Shown here: piece by piece, positions 27,302-36,121 of the stretch
How positions within the stretch are numbered: the first letter of the stretch is position 1
How the letters are laid out: each line of letters begins with the position of its first letter
Source: Patescibacteria group bacterium
GTDB taxonomy: Bacteria; Patescibacteriota; Microgenomatia; UBA1406; GWC2-37-13
Assembly (NCBI GenBank): GCA_049323035.1
Contig: JBMOLB010000005.1
Span: 110,402-174,401 of the forward strand
Length of the DNA stretch: 64,000 nucleotides
Reading direction: 5' to 3'
The notes under the pieces: model-generated
The model's input: the letters and a program-made list of their open reading frames with translations, nothing else
What the model was told of the DNA's origin: nothing
The model's database searches: none
Position numbers and translations under genes: made by a program

Positions 27302-27564
27302 TCATTCTTCCTTGTTTAGTTTAATCAAGTGAAAGGGTGCTAGAAGATAGTCCAACCATCGCAGCAATATCCTTATATGAAAAGCAGGTGGCGTGTCGGC
27401 AAAACGGAGATCGCCCCGCAAACGGCCTGCAACTTTTTGGTGGAATAGGAACTCCTTCATGCGATTATGATATATAAATAAAATATAATATTCAACAATT
27501 TTTCTGCTATAGGTATAAATATTATGATAATTTGAGGCTAAAATTACCCTAATTAAAATACCCC

Positions 27565-27593
27565 TTGACAAACAAAATAATATCCTGTAGTTT
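27565..27593 (+). promoter_or_regulatory. consensus-like promoter with no ORF behind it
   Basis: TTGACA (27565-27570), 17-nt spacer, TAGTTT (27588-27593). Sits inside a ~620-bp non-coding spacer. Confidence 0.35.
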
Positions 27594-27919
27594 GATATTA
27601 TAAGGTTATAAGTTAACAACGAAACGTATGAAAGGATACGAACTAAAACGATTCGAAGAAGAGAACTATCCAGGAGGGCTGTGGAGTGGATAAATAAGCC
27701 CAACAAACTTTAGTTTAAGAATAGGGTTGAAATTCTTAAACGAAAACCTAAGCGCAGCCGAGTCCAAAGAAATTTTCTGAGGGCCCGGCGCGTTTTTTTG
27801 GGCCTCAAAAGGCGATAACTTTGTTAATTCCTAAAAATAGTACTTCACTCGCTAATACCTATAGTAAGAATATCCCTGACAATCAAAACAATTGATCGAA
27901 ACCAGGCGCATTGACCGTC

Positions 27920-28699
27920 TTAATGCGAGGAAGAATATTCAAGGATCTTTGCCTTTCTCTGCTCGAGGGTGAGCGTGCTTGAAATGCCCGGCCCCATGAT
28001 GCAACCGCCGTCGCAAAACAGTATGTCGAGCAATCGTATTTTGCTGTTTTGGGAAAACTCCAGGATGGCGGATTCGCAGTTTTTGTAACCGGATACGACC
28101 CTTATCTCGTCCTGTCTCAGAAGATTTCTGGCTCCTGACGAATCCGTCAGGCCGCCGTCCACGGGATATATCCTGGTTGAAGCCTCCTCAAGGTCAAAAT
28201 CCGAAGATGTGGACTCTGTCGGAGCCGGTGGCATCTTTTTTAGTACGTCTTCCAACTCGCGATATGTCAAAACAAGGATATCCAACTCCGGGTGGTCCTG
28301 GGCCGCCTCGAGTTTCTTGACGACGCAGGGGCCGATGAAGACTGGCTTGTGGTCAGGCCACATATGCTTGACGATTTTGGCCGTGGCCACCATCGGCGAA
28401 TCGACTTCAAAAGCCACGTAGTGGAGAAGGTCCGGGTGTTTGGTTCGCATGAAACGGACAAAACTGGCGCAGGGGGAAGTGATGAAACGGGTGTGCGGGT
28501 TGTTGGCGAGTATCGAGACCGCCTGTTCATTGGTTTTTTTGGCTCCGGCGGCCACCTCAACCACTTTGGAAAAACCAATATTTTTGAGCTTGGCGACTAT
28601 GTCAGCGGCCTTGTACATGATGGGAAACGATGGCGCCAGCATGGCCGCCAATTTTGTTTTTTTGTTAAGCAGTTCGATCAGCTTTTCCGAATCGCTCAT
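27920..28699 (-). CDS. [FeFe]-hydrogenase large-subunit C-terminal (H-cluster) domain-like protein, minimal form
   Basis: Three H-domain-like motifs: ITSPCASF (cf. TSCCPxW), GPCVVKKLE (cf. MPCxxKxxE) and FCDGGCIMGPG (cf. CxxGCxxGxG). Only 259 aa, with no ferredoxin-like F-cluster domain. Confidence 0.65.
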   Translation of the reverse strand: MSDSEKLIELLNKKTKLAAMLAPSFPIMYKAADIVAKLKNIGFSKVVEVAAGAKKTNEQAVSILANNPHTRFITSPCASFVRFMRTKHPDLLHYVAFEVDSPMVATAKIVKHMWPDHKPVFIGPCVVKKLEAAQDHPELDILVLTYRELEDVLKKMPPAPTESTSSDFDLEEASTRIYPVDGGLTDSSGARNLLRQDEIRVVSGYKNCESAILEFSQNSKIRLLDILFCDGGCIMGPGISSTLTLEQRKAKILEYSSSH

Positions 28700-29208
28700 T
28701 GTTTTTTGATCATGGGACGGATAGCATAAAAGGCGGCTCCGCCCAAAATCGCCGTCGCTAACTGGAATACGCCCATTGCGGTCAGGAATATCTTGGGTAC
28801 CAAGCCGATTCCGAAAAAAAGCAGGGCGGAAAGGAAAAGAAGGGAAGATTTAGCCAGGGAAGGGAGGAGTATTCTTGTGAACCAGGATTTTTTTTCCAGC
28901 GACCGGAACGATTCCATCAAAATCAGATTGCCGATCCAAATGAATGGCAAAAAATATGCCAGGTAGATTGTAAAACCACCAAAAACCATGCCGTGCAGCA
29001 GGGCACCGACACTGGGTGCGATTGCTATCAATATCTTGTTTTTGCCTGAAAAACGGGTTGCCGAAAGCAACAGGAACAAATTGACAAGGCTGCCCGTTAA
29101 TATTTGGGGGCCCGAAACTAGGAATGGTACGGCAAACGCCAACGCTGTCAGCAAGATCTCGTAAGAAATTAAAATTGCAGGCCTTAAGGCGATTTCCTTG
29201 GCTTTCAT
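28696..29208 (-). CDS. integral membrane protein (5-6 TM), coupled to the hydrogenase-like gene
   Basis: Hydrophobic throughout. The stop overlaps the start of 27920-28699. Confidence 0.5.
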   Translation of the reverse strand: MKAKEIALRPAILISYEILLTALAFAVPFLVSGPQILTGSLVNLFLLLSATRFSGKNKILIAIAPSVGALLHGMVFGGFTIYLAYFLPFIWIGNLILMESFRSLEKKSWFTRILLPSLAKSSLLFLSALLFFGIGLVPKIFLTAMGVFQLATAILGGAAFYAIRPMIKKQ

Positions 29209-29350
29209 CTAGTTTCATTATATGCCTTTTAAGCGTTTTAAGTAAGATATTTTTTGAGTTGCCAGAACTCTTGCTCATTTATCTCACCGATTACGTTAGA
29301 TCCGGCCGGGAGAATGAACTTCCGGATAATACCAAGCATGCATGAATATC

Positions 29351-29382
29351 AAAAACGAGAGGCTGCTGCCTCTCGTTTTTTT
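29351..29382. terminator. bidirectional rho-independent terminator hairpin in a divergent intergenic region
   Basis: AAAAA-CGAGAGGC-TGCT-GCCTCTCG-TTTTTTT (perfect 8-bp stem). Confidence 0.6.
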
Positions 29383-29503
29383 GGGCGAATTGTCTTAAAT
29401 TTATTATTTAGTTCTTGAGTTCAACCTCCTTTCTTGGCTAATAAAAAACAGTTTAGGAGTCGTTACTGAAGGAAAGCTTAAGGGCGAGATGTTAAAATGA
29501 GGT

Positions 29504-30058
29504 ATGACCATCTTTGTTACCGAAATGCCGCCAAAAATGATTGGGATAAAGAAATCATCAGAATATAACCCGAAAGATCCGTTGCAAAAGGCGAGGGTTA
29601 TTGCCCAAACGCTGGGTGCAAATTATCAGGACGATATAGCTCAAGCCGTCCACGGCGATCCAGACGATTTGGCTGCCGCTTACAAAAAAACACAGACGAT
29701 AACCGACGGCGATTTTGACATGGCATATAAACTGCTTTCCTGGTTATCATACAACGTCGGCAGAGGTGATCCCAATTGCGCCAATTACGCAAACTGGGCG
29801 GGCCTCATGGTCGAAGGAAATTTTGACCAGTTTAAAGCGGGTTGGCATTTAATAAAAACAAAATTGGCAGATTACAACCCGGCGAGAACCCCAGTCCATC
29901 AAGAGCTGCAGGAAATTATAGATAATAAACCTTTTTCAACCCACTTCACGGCAATGAGAATTCCTAGGGTAACCTTGCGCAAAAATAGCCTTATGTTCGA
30001 ATGGCCAGACCTGACCGGAAATTTGGTTGGAACCCCTACCAGGGAAATAAAACTGTAA
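29504..30058 (+). CDS. hypothetical protein
   Basis: 184-aa ORF with no recognisable motif, in locally lower-GC DNA. Confidence 0.45.
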   Translation: MTIFVTEMPPKMIGIKKSSEYNPKDPLQKARVIAQTLGANYQDDIAQAVHGDPDDLAAAYKKTQTITDGDFDMAYKLLSWLSYNVGRGDPNCANYANWAGLMVEGNFDQFKAGWHLIKTKLADYNPARTPVHQELQEIIDNKPFSTHFTAMRIPRVTLRKNSLMFEWPDLTGNLVGTPTREIKL

Positions 30059-30124
30059 ATAGGTTTAGTAACTGGATACCCTAATTAAGGTTAGAATTTA
30101 AAAGCACGTCGGTATCATCATAAT

Positions 30125-30700
30125 ATGATAGACTCTGGAACGGCATATATAAATAGATTGCCTGGGAAGCTGTTGAACCTTGAATCTAAACGAGCTGAAT
30201 TAGACCCAGGAATCATTCCCATTCTTCAAAGGTTTAATGGATTACCATTTCGATCCCGTCAGTCATGCACGGGCCATACTGATACAAATGGGAATTTGAC
30301 GGAAGATGCGCATATTCAATTTGACATGGATCCCACATTGGATGAAAATGAAATCAGAATACAAAATGATTTTATAAATCATCTGCCGAATCTTAACATT
30401 GTTTTGTCTAAACGTTTAGGTTTACGGAGCACAGTGCCAATTTTTAGGTTGGAGGACGATCCCGTTGAAACCCTGGACGGTCATGACGCAGTAATAACCG
30501 TAAAGGAAGCCCTTGATAACGATTTGCCAGTAACAATGTTCGTTAGAGTTAAGGATCTTCCTATAAAAGAAAATGACGGTAATAAAACCCTAACGATTGT
30601 TTGGGAAGAATTCTGGAAATATATGAATGATTTTGACGGAGCAGAGAAGCCTGTCCCAGATTTTGAGGGTGGGAAAGTGTTTGTCAAAAAAACCCCCTGA
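30125..30700 (+). CDS. hypothetical protein
   Basis: 191-aa ORF with no recognisable motif. Confidence 0.45.
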   Translation: MIDSGTAYINRLPGKLLNLESKRAELDPGIIPILQRFNGLPFRSRQSCTGHTDTNGNLTEDAHIQFDMDPTLDENEIRIQNDFINHLPNLNIVLSKRLGLRSTVPIFRLEDDPVETLDGHDAVITVKEALDNDLPVTMFVRVKDLPIKENDGNKTLTIVWEEFWKYMNDFDGAEKPVPDFEGGKVFVKKTP

Positions 30701-30745
30701 CAAGTTTTTTGTCTGAGTGAATTTACAGACCCATTTAGTACCCAA

Positions 30746-31336
30746 TTATTTGATTCCAAAAGCATCGATTATTTCGGCGTCACGGAAGAGAATCGTCTTA
30801 TTGGTCGTGTACATGAGGCCTTTATTGGGTTGGAATCCGAAACCAAGGTAGATTACTTCAACTCCGCGTCTTTTCATTTCTTCAACCGCAGGCTGAAGGT
30901 CGGAGTCGGAACTGCAGAGAATCGCCGTTTTTACTTTTTTGTCACAAGCCAGAGAAACCATATCTACGGCAATCTTTACATCAACACCCTTTTCCCTGAA
31001 GATTGTCTTTGCTTTGCCGTTGATCCTGACTTCCTGTGAGCGGACATTGCCCGCTATCAAAAACTCAAACCCCTGTTTCTGAAGATTCGTCTTTAGATAT
31101 CGCTGAAACAATATCAGCTCTTTGGATTTAGCTGCGGTTTTTGAATTGTGGTGAAGCTTCGCCGCGTAGAAAATCTTCCTGTCTATTTTGTATTTTTCGA
31201 GAGCCTTGCCAACTAAAAGATTTAAGTCAATTTTTGCTGTATTTCCTTTTTTTATCTTGACTTTTTCTTTTTTGAGTACATCTTCGACCTTATGAAGAAA
31301 GTTTTCTCCGTCTATAAACAATATCGTGCCGCTCAT
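30746..31336 (-). CDS. NYN/LabA-like domain protein (predicted RNase fold)
   Basis: The start is moved to MSGTILFIDGENF. NYN pattern: IDGENF...GVDVKIAVDM...LCSSDSDL. The listed longer ORF runs into tRNA-His. Confidence 0.65.
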   Translation of the reverse strand: MSGTILFIDGENFLHKVEDVLKKEKVKIKKGNTAKIDLNLLVGKALEKYKIDRKIFYAAKLHHNSKTAAKSKELILFQRYLKTNLQKQGFEFLIAGNVRSQEVRINGKAKTIFREKGVDVKIAVDMVSLACDKKVKTAILCSSDSDLQPAVEEMKRRGVEVIYLGFGFQPNKGLMYTTNKTILFRDAEIIDAFGIK

Positions 31337-31351
31337 GAAGAGATTATACCT

Positions 31352-31390
31352 AAAAAAAACCTCGCCGGGCCGGAAGGCATGGACGAGGCG
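31352..31390 (-). terminator. terminator-like hairpin plus T8 downstream of tRNA-His
   Basis: The minus strand reads CCTCG...CGAGG enclosing a GC-rich inner hairpin, followed by TTTTTTTT. Confidence 0.4.
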
Positions 31391-31470
31391 TTTATGCTCT
31401 AAATATACCAGGTCAACCGTCTTTGTCAAGTGGTTGGCACAAAAAGAATTGCTGTGAGGCTCTAAAGAAT

Positions 31471-31548
31471 TTGGGGTGACTGACGGGATTTGAACCCGCA
31501 ACAATCTGCTCCACAGGCAGATGCTCTACCGGGTTGAGCTACAGTCAC
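31471..31548 (-). tRNA. tRNA-His (GTG)
   Basis: Manual fold gives an encoded G-1 opposite C73, a 7-bp acceptor stem, the D-arm GCTC/GAGC, the anticodon loop CTGTGGA, the T-loop TTCAAAT, and an encoded CCA. Confidence 0.9.
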
Positions 31549-31584
31549 CAGTGGAGCTAATTATAATCGAACGGCAGTGAGATT

Positions 31585-31645
31585 AAAAGACTAAAGTATT
31601 ACCTTTAATATTCGGGCGAAAAATAACTCGCCCGAATGTCTTATA
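31585..31645 (+). repeat. conserved ~60-nt hairpin motif, copy 1
   Basis: AAAAGACT...ATATTCGGGC-N12-GCCCGAATGTCTTATA. A second copy lies at 53773-53833. This copy ends 19 nt before the ATG at 31665. Confidence 0.55.
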
Positions 31646-31664
31646 GCATGGTAAGATTGAATTT

Positions 31665-32057
31665 ATGGCCATAAAACCTATTGGAAAAACCAATCGAAGT
31701 GCGGTAGTTGCGAAAATAGGGATACTGGTTTTTTTGATCGGTTTGGGCTTTCTTATCACGAGAACGAAGGTCAACAGGGAAACGGTTGAAAGCAAGGCAG
31801 AAGTGTTGTCCAGCGAAACCGGACGAACGGTTGAGAAGAGCGTTGGCGAATTGGCTGACAACGTTGTCGAGCAATCAAAGGACGCCATCGGAGATGTCCT
31901 GGGGGATGCGACCGATATGGTCGGCAACCTGGCTTCCTATTCGGCCAATACCGTTTCCAGTTTCATAATCGACAAGGCAACAGCGCCTCTTATCGACCAG
32001 ATCAACAGACTCCCTCCAACCCAGCAGGAAGAAATAAAAAAGAATATTTGTAGGTAA
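31665..32057 (+). CDS. membrane-anchored hypothetical protein
   Basis: N-terminal TM helix (VVAKIGILVFLIGLGFLI), then an acidic soluble domain. Confidence 0.5.
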   Translation: MAIKPIGKTNRSAVVAKIGILVFLIGLGFLITRTKVNRETVESKAEVLSSETGRTVEKSVGELADNVVEQSKDAIGDVLGDATDMVGNLASYSANTVSSFIIDKATAPLIDQINRLPPTQQEEIKKNICR

Positions 32058-32453
32058 TTAAACGAAAGTTTTTCCTAGAAGATAAAATAGGGCACCCGCC
32101 AACCCCCACAAAGGTATCGAAAGAACACTGGTATATCCGTTTAAACTCAGTCGGTGGTATGTCCAAAGCCTTTGTCCCACAACCATGTGGTAAGAAAACC
32201 CGATAAGCCATTCAAGAAAAGTACCTAATAATGCAAATGATATAAAAACTTTAGATAGCGTATTTCCGTTTTGGCCCAAGGTAACAAAGGTCGCAACTAA
32301 AGGGAAAAGTAACAGGAAAAGATATCTCGAGTATGAGAAATGATAATGCTTAATATGCCTCTTGGTTAAGAAATAGTGCAGTTGGGAAACAGCGATTTCG
32401 GTTAAGACTCCGAATATTATGACCATCAGAAAAGTAGTGAAACTTCTGAGCAT
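32058..32453 (-). CDS. small integral membrane protein (4 TM)
   Basis: 131 aa, hydrophobic. Confidence 0.5.
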   Translation of the reverse strand: MLRSFTTFLMVIIFGVLTEIAVSQLHYFLTKRHIKHYHFSYSRYLFLLLFPLVATFVTLGQNGNTLSKVFISFALLGTFLEWLIGFSYHMVVGQRLWTYHRLSLNGYTSVLSIPLWGLAGALFYLLGKTFV

Positions 32454-32499
32454 AAATCCAGTATAACATTGATACCGCTTTTTGTATAATAATGGGCAT

Positions 32500-32571
32500 G
32501 CCCTGATAGTTTAGTGGTAAAACAAACCCTTGGTAAGGGTTAGACTGTGAGTTCGATTCTCACTCAGGGCT
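32500..32571 (+). tRNA. tRNA-Thr (GGT)
   Basis: Manual fold gives the acceptor GCCCTGA/TCAGGGC, the D-arm GTTT/AAAC, the anticodon stem AACCC/GGGTT with loop TTGGTAA, and the T-arm GTGAG-TTCGATT-CTCAC. CCA is not encoded. Confidence 0.9.
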
Positions 32572-32574
32572 CAG

Positions 32575-33168
32575 ATGCTTCATCCAAACTTCGTCATTGT
32601 GGGGGCAATAATTTTCCTAATCGGAAGCGCTGGTTATGTAATTGATACGGTCAAAGGCCTGGTCAAGCCAAATAGGGTCACTTGGTTTATTTGGTCTTTG
32701 GCGCCTCTTATCGCCTTTGCCGCCCAAGTAAAACAGGGTATAGGAATGGAATCTTTGATGACACTAGTAATCGGATTGGTACCAGTTATGGTTTTTGCCG
32801 CATCATTTATCAACAGGAAGTCTTATTGGAAGATCGAAAAGCTCGACGTTATTTGCGGTTTATTGTCTATTGTCGGCCTCGTATTATGGCAGTTAACCAA
32901 GGTTGGAAACGTCGCCATTTTTTTCAGCCTGCTGGCAGATTTTTTGGCTTTCCTGCCGACAATGATAAAATCATACAGACATCCCGAAACCGAAAACTAT
33001 TTACTTTATCTGGCTAACAGCATTTTCGCGCTTTTAACCCTTCTAACAATCAAAGACTGGAATTTTGCCAATTATTCGTTTCCTCTTTACATCTTTTTGG
33101 CAACACTCTTGCTGGCGGTCTCAATAAAGTTCAAAATCGTGAAATTAGTCAAGGTTTTTGGCGATTGA
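32575..33168 (+). CDS. integral membrane protein (about 6 TM)
   Basis: 197-aa hydrophobic ORF starting 4 nt after the tRNA. Confidence 0.5.
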   Translation: MLHPNFVIVGAIIFLIGSAGYVIDTVKGLVKPNRVTWFIWSLAPLIAFAAQVKQGIGMESLMTLVIGLVPVMVFAASFINRKSYWKIEKLDVICGLLSIVGLVLWQLTKVGNVAIFFSLLADFLAFLPTMIKSYRHPETENYLLYLANSIFALLTLLTIKDWNFANYSFPLYIFLATLLLAVSIKFKIVKLVKVFGD

Positions 33169-33204
33169 ATTTTTCCCTTAGGTTTGCTATTCTTTTAAAC
33201 ACTT

Positions 33205-33864
33205 ATGGAAATAAAATACCTAGGTCACTCATCTTTCCTCATAAAGACTAAAACTGCCAAGCTGGTTACCGACCCTTTTGATTCGAAGATGGTTGGATTG
33301 AAATTCCCCAAAACCGAGGCAGACATCGTCACGGTTTCTCACGGTCACCTTGATCACAACCAATCCCAGCTCGTTGTGGGCATGGACGGAAAAAAACCGC
33401 TGGTGGTCGATATGCCGGGCGAGTTCGAAAGCCGCGGCGTGAGGATTTTTGGCTTCAGGAGCTTTCATGACAACAAAAAAGGGGAAGAGAGAGGGGAATC
33501 GATACTCTATAAGATAGAAGCCGAGGGCATTTCCGTTCTCCATTGCGGCGACTTGGGTTTCGTTCCCGACGATTCGTTCGTGGATTCGATCGGGGATGTC
33601 GATATCCTCATGGTACCGACAGGAGGATTTTTCACGATAGATCCTGAAGAAGCATCACAAGTGGTCAAAAAAGTTGAACCATCGATAATCATCCCGATGC
33701 ATTATAATCAACCGGGCTTGGACCAGAAGAACTTCGGTCAGCTCCAGGGATTGACGGAATTCACCAAGAAATTCGGTGCCGAAAGCGTTCCGCCAATTCC
33801 CAAATTAATTGTCAAGAAGGAAGAGATGCTGGAGGAGATGAAAATAGTAGTTCTGAGCGTTTAA
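33205..33864 (+). CDS. MBL-fold metallo-hydrolase (UPF0173-like)
   Basis: YLGHSSFLI...VTVSHGHLDH motif, plus a later HCGD. Confidence 0.75.
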   Translation: MEIKYLGHSSFLIKTKTAKLVTDPFDSKMVGLKFPKTEADIVTVSHGHLDHNQSQLVVGMDGKKPLVVDMPGEFESRGVRIFGFRSFHDNKKGEERGESILYKIEAEGISVLHCGDLGFVPDDSFVDSIGDVDILMVPTGGFFTIDPEEASQVVKKVEPSIIIPMHYNQPGLDQKNFGQLQGLTEFTKKFGAESVPPIPKLIVKKEEMLEEMKIVVLSV

Positions 33865-33867
33865 TTT

Positions 33868-35202
33868 ATGGCCTCAACTTCCGATCCGCTTAAGGTACCG
33901 CCTCAAGACCTCGAGGCAGAAAGATCAGTAATAGGAGCCGTCCTCATAGATTCGGCGGCGATAAACCTCGTGGCCGAATTCCTGAAACCCGAGTATTTCT
34001 ATGACCCGGCCAACAAGACGATTTACTCTGCCATGTTATCGCTTTTCGAAAAACAGCAACCGATAGACGTCGTCACCCTGCAGGATGCGTTGAACAAGCA
34101 GGACGCCTTAAAAAGAGTAGGCGGCAAGGCTTACTTGTCTGACTTGATCAACACCGTCCCATCGTCCGCCTACGTAGAGCATTACGCGCAGATCGTCAAA
34201 AACCATTATGTAAAAAGAAAACTCATCGAGCTCTCGTCCCGCATGGTCGAAAAAGCTTTTGACGCCAAGGGAGACGTCAAGAAGCTTTTGGATGAGGCCG
34301 AAGTCGAGATATTCGGTCTTTCGCAACAGCACCTTCACCGGGACTTTGTCCAACTGAAAGAGATATTGACCGAAAGCTTTGACCGGTTGAACGAATTCAT
34401 GAAAAAGGGGAACCACCTGAGAGGAGTGCCGACAGGATTCCCGGATCTTGACAACAAGTTGGCCGGACTCCAGGACTCGAACCTAATTATCCTGGCCGCC
34501 CGCCCCGGCGTCGGTAAAACCACCTTGGCGTTGAACATGGCATTGAATACCGCCGTCAAGAACAAGGTACCCGTCGGATTCTTTTCGCTTGAAATGAGCA
34601 AGGAGGAGCTCGTTGACCGTTTACTTGTTGGCCAGGCCGATATCGACGCATGGAGACTCAAAACAGGCAGGTTGTCCGACGACGATTACAAGCGGCTAAC
34701 CGAAGCGATGGGCGAACTGTCCGACGCCCCGATATTCATAGACGACACGCCTGGTCTGTCGATTCTCGAAATGAGGACCAAGGCAAGGAAACTTAAACTG
34801 GAAAAAGACATAAAGCTGATCATAGTCGACTATCTGCAATTGGCGGACCCGGGGAAAAAATTCGACTCAAGGAATAACGAGGTCTCATTCGTATCACAGG
34901 GATTAAAAAACCTTGCACGCGAACTCAAGGTACCGGTTCTGGCGATCTCCCAGTTGTCGCGCGCGGTCGAGCAAAGGGGTACAGGCAAGCCCCAATTGTC
35001 TGACCTAAGGGAATCCGGCGCGATCGAACAGGACGCCGATGTTGTCATGTTTATCTACCAGGAGGAGGAGTCCGAGGATCTGTTGGATCAGAGCAAAAGA
35101 CTGGTCAAACTCTACATCGCCAAGCACCGAAACGGCGCGACCGGCGACATTGACCTCATGTTTAGGGGAGACAGAGTCAAGTTCTACACCGTCGAAAAGT
35201 GA
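33868..35202 (+). CDS. dnaB: replicative DNA helicase DnaB
   Basis: N-terminal PPQDLEAERSVIGAVL. Walker A ARPGVGKTT. IIVDYLQL. SQLSRAVEQR. Confidence 0.95.
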   Translation: MASTSDPLKVPPQDLEAERSVIGAVLIDSAAINLVAEFLKPEYFYDPANKTIYSAMLSLFEKQQPIDVVTLQDALNKQDALKRVGGKAYLSDLINTVPSSAYVEHYAQIVKNHYVKRKLIELSSRMVEKAFDAKGDVKKLLDEAEVEIFGLSQQHLHRDFVQLKEILTESFDRLNEFMKKGNHLRGVPTGFPDLDNKLAGLQDSNLIILAARPGVGKTTLALNMALNTAVKNKVPVGFFSLEMSKEELVDRLLVGQADIDAWRLKTGRLSDDDYKRLTEAMGELSDAPIFIDDTPGLSILEMRTKARKLKLEKDIKLIIVDYLQLADPGKKFDSRNNEVSFVSQGLKNLARELKVPVLAISQLSRAVEQRGTGKPQLSDLRESGAIEQDADVVMFIYQEEESEDLLDQSKRLVKLYIAKHRNGATGDIDLMFRGDRVKFYTVEK

Positions 35203-35203
35203 A

Positions 35204-35728
35204 TTAAAATCTCCTGAACACTTGCACTGGTTTTGAGGCTGCTCCTGGAGAGAACCCTCTAGGTATGGAAGCGTACCTTCCTGTGCCTTTGATGCCAATA
35301 GGTGTTTCTGAAGGAGTAGGATTTGGTGTTGGAGTGATAGGTGGAGCAGGGCAGTTTTTTTCTATTTGTACGTCTCCATCTTTGCCAAGAGATTTTACGA
35401 CGTAGTGCTGTTTGGTTTTATCTCCGATGATATAATCAACGGCATTTGGATCAGTGATTTTGTCAGACACTCCGGGAACTACAACATCACCATTTTCGTC
35501 TATACTGAAGTCGTATTTTCCGCTTCCTGCATCAGTTAGGTCAACCCGATCGCCAGGCTTTAAATCTAAAATTCTCGTATCACCACAAGTAGAAGTTTCG
35601 TATTTGACGTTGGGTTGTGCACCACAGGCAGTGATAAAACCGAAGATGAGTATTGGAAGCGTTCTTCCGACACCTTTCCAATTAATATCTTTTACAGATA
35701 ATCTGTTGATTAAACGGGACTTATCCAT
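35204..35728 (-). CDS. lipoprotein, function unknown
   Basis: Lipobox ITAC after a hydrophobic segment; Pro/Thr-rich C-terminus. Confidence 0.5.
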   Translation of the reverse strand: MDKSRLINRLSVKDINWKGVGRTLPILIFGFITACGAQPNVKYETSTCGDTRILDLKPGDRVDLTDAGSGKYDFSIDENGDVVVPGVSDKITDPNAVDYIIGDKTKQHYVVKSLGKDGDVQIEKNCPAPPITPTPNPTPSETPIGIKGTGRYASIPRGFSPGAASKPVQVFRRF

Positions 35729-35795
35729 AATTCAGGGCATATTGTATACCTGTTTTTGAAATTTGTCAATCTTCGTCCGACCTCTATTTGATCAC

Positions 35796-35836
35796 TTGAC
35801 AGTTGTATTTTTTTTGTGTATCCTGGGGGGGAGGAT
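35796..35836 (+). promoter_or_regulatory. promoter with overlapping CsoR-type operator
   Basis: TTGACA (35796-35801), 17-nt spacer, TATCCT (35819-35824). The inverted repeat ATCCT-G7-AGGAT (35820-36) resembles the GC-tract pseudo-palindromes bound by CsoR. Confidence 0.5.
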
Positions 35837-35857
35837 TAAAATTTGGCTCATTTGTAT

Positions 35858-36121
35858 ATGGACAACCCAAGAAAAACCAACCTTTTGCACAGGATGAAAA
35901 TTGCCCGGGGCCATCTAGACAAGGTCATCGAGATGGTCGAAAAAGGGGAGTATTGCCTGGATATCATCCAGCAATCCCAGGCGGTTCAAAGCGCCCTATC
36001 AAAAACAGATGAACTCATATTGGAGAACCATCTCAAAACCTGCGTCAAGAAAGCTATGTTAACGGAGAGCGAGATAGATGAAAAGGTTTCCGAAGTTATC
36101 GAAGTTTTCAAAAGAAAGTAA
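35858..36121 (+). CDS. csoR: CsoR/RcnR-family metal-sensing transcriptional repressor
   Basis: Pattern LHRMKIARGHLDKVIEMVE...YCLDIIQQSQAVQSAL, with the conserved Cys and His positions. Confidence 0.8.
   Translation: MDNPRKTNLLHRMKIARGHLDKVIEMVEKGEYCLDIIQQSQAVQSALSKTDELILENHLKTCVKKAMLTESEIDEKVSEVIEVFKRK

Noticed and set aside
27302-27706. 134-aa minus-strand ORF in the long spacer
   Set aside because: AT-rich, with no SD and Ile/Leu/Tyr/Arg-biased composition typical of random AT-rich frames. It would run head-on into the end of the methyltransferase gene.
30746-31504. The listed 252-aa version of the NYN gene, and the 82-aa version of 48020-48268
   Set aside because: Their N-terminal extensions overlap tRNA-His and tRNA-Leu on the same strand. 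Internal ATGs (31336 and 48235) give sensible proteins.
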